NCBI GenBank assembly: GCA_016618085.1
Contig: JABLTG010000038.1
Coordinates: forward strand, 1 to 64,000
Source: Neovahlkampfia damariscottae
Taxonomy: Eukaryota
DNA: 64,000 nt
Reading direction: 5' to 3'
Positions 62,912 through 64,000 of this stretch are shown here, piece after piece. The position numbers and the translations under genes were made by a program. Every line of letters begins with the position of its first letter. Positions within the stretch are counted from its first letter, which is position 1. The notes under the pieces were generated by a model. That model searched no databases and had not been told where the DNA came from. It was given only the letters and a program-made list of their open reading frames with translations.

Positions 62912-64000
62912 TTATTTGTACATTTGTAACTTTTGAAAACAATGATTGTACTCTTGGAGGAAATGTGATTTTTGAAGTGCTTCCCAGAAATTGTTTACGT
63001 ATTGAAACCATTGAAATTCATTGATTTTCTTTTCTTTTTCAATATTCATTGTTTTGATTAATTTAATGAATAATTCTTCTGTTGAGTCATTTTCAATGAT
63101 AAAAAAGTTAATTTGATTTTCTGTGATCATTTCATCAGTCCATTGAAAAGGATGCACATATCCATTATTTAAAAAAGATGTGTCTTTGTAAAATTTGTTT
63201 AATAAATAGTGTGATTGTAAAATATGACATGTTGAAATATTCTCAATTTGATTATAAACAAACACTATTTCAGCAAACATTTTTGAAATATTTGTGAAAC
63301 CTTTTTGAAGTAAATCCAATGTTTTCATGAATTGTAGGGTTTTTAAATCATGTAAATCATTCATTGTGACTAATATTACATCACAAATGTTAAGTAAAAA
63401 TAAACCCATTTTGATGCTCTGCAAGTCAACGTAATTTTCATGATTTACAGTTTCTAAAGGTACTGATTTATCTTTGTTCATGAGATTGTACAATACAGAG
63501 GAACCAAATATAGCTTGTGAATCTATTAAAAATACACGTTCTTTTGGTGTAACATAAAGATCAATTCCTGTTGTTGTATCTTGTTTCACTTTCAATTCTT
63601 CTTCACCAACAAACTTGTTTAAAAGATAACTTTTTCCAACTATAACAAAATTCAATCATGAAAAAAAAAGTACCTTTGCTTTCTCCAAGGTTAGCTTTTG
63701 AAATTTTGTTAATTTATTTTTTTTTTTACCAATGACATGAAAATTTTGGTTTTCATGAAACAAACTTGTATTATTTTGAAATTCATTATTTTGATTAACC
63801 ATTTTAAAAAAATCACCAAAAATTGGTTTTTCAAAAGTTAATTCTTTTTTTACAGAGTCTGTTGGAGGTGTATCAACTCGTGTTGGTGAATGTGAAATTT
63901 GAATCATCTTTGGTTTTAAAATAGTCATTTTTGGACTATCAGGTGATTTTGAAGGTGATTTTGATGGTGGATTTGGATTTTTAATAATTTTCTTATTTGA
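62912..64000 (-). CDS. SMG9: NMD factor SMG9 (5' end beyond window)
   Basis: P-loop GKS, TTGIDLYVT.ERVFLIDSQ, LFLLNICDVILV, WFQYVNNFWEAL. Confidence 0.85.

Overview
This is AT-rich, gene-dense eukaryotic nuclear DNA from a protist, not a prokaryote. A heterolobosean/Discoba-like amoeba is my inference from gene content and is not proven. The window holds about 47 protein genes split by very short (~25-45 nt) GT-AG introns, with micro-exons and spacers often under 100 bp. Two genome-wide signals are visible: a CCAAT/ATTGG motif within roughly 50 nt of most start codons, and TAA stop codons fused into AATAAA. The clearest accessory feature is a 1,278-bp element (51839-53116). It has 155-bp terminal inverted repeats, a 7-bp target-site duplication and periodic subterminal motifs, and carries an orphan membrane-anchored cargo ORF but no transposase. 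It is inserted exactly at the METAP2 stop codon. Other notable items: a kinase-AAA-GAF-adenylyl cyclase fusion, a receptor-like multi-TM/SAM/RING protein, a CiaB/DPP III-like metallopeptidase, a 15-aa beta-repeat orphan, a divergent actin, tandem EFM7 paralogues differing by one intron, a decayed RGS plus hydrolase block, and two candidate structured RNAs in divergent spacers. Exon boundaries were assembled by eye and no database searches were run.
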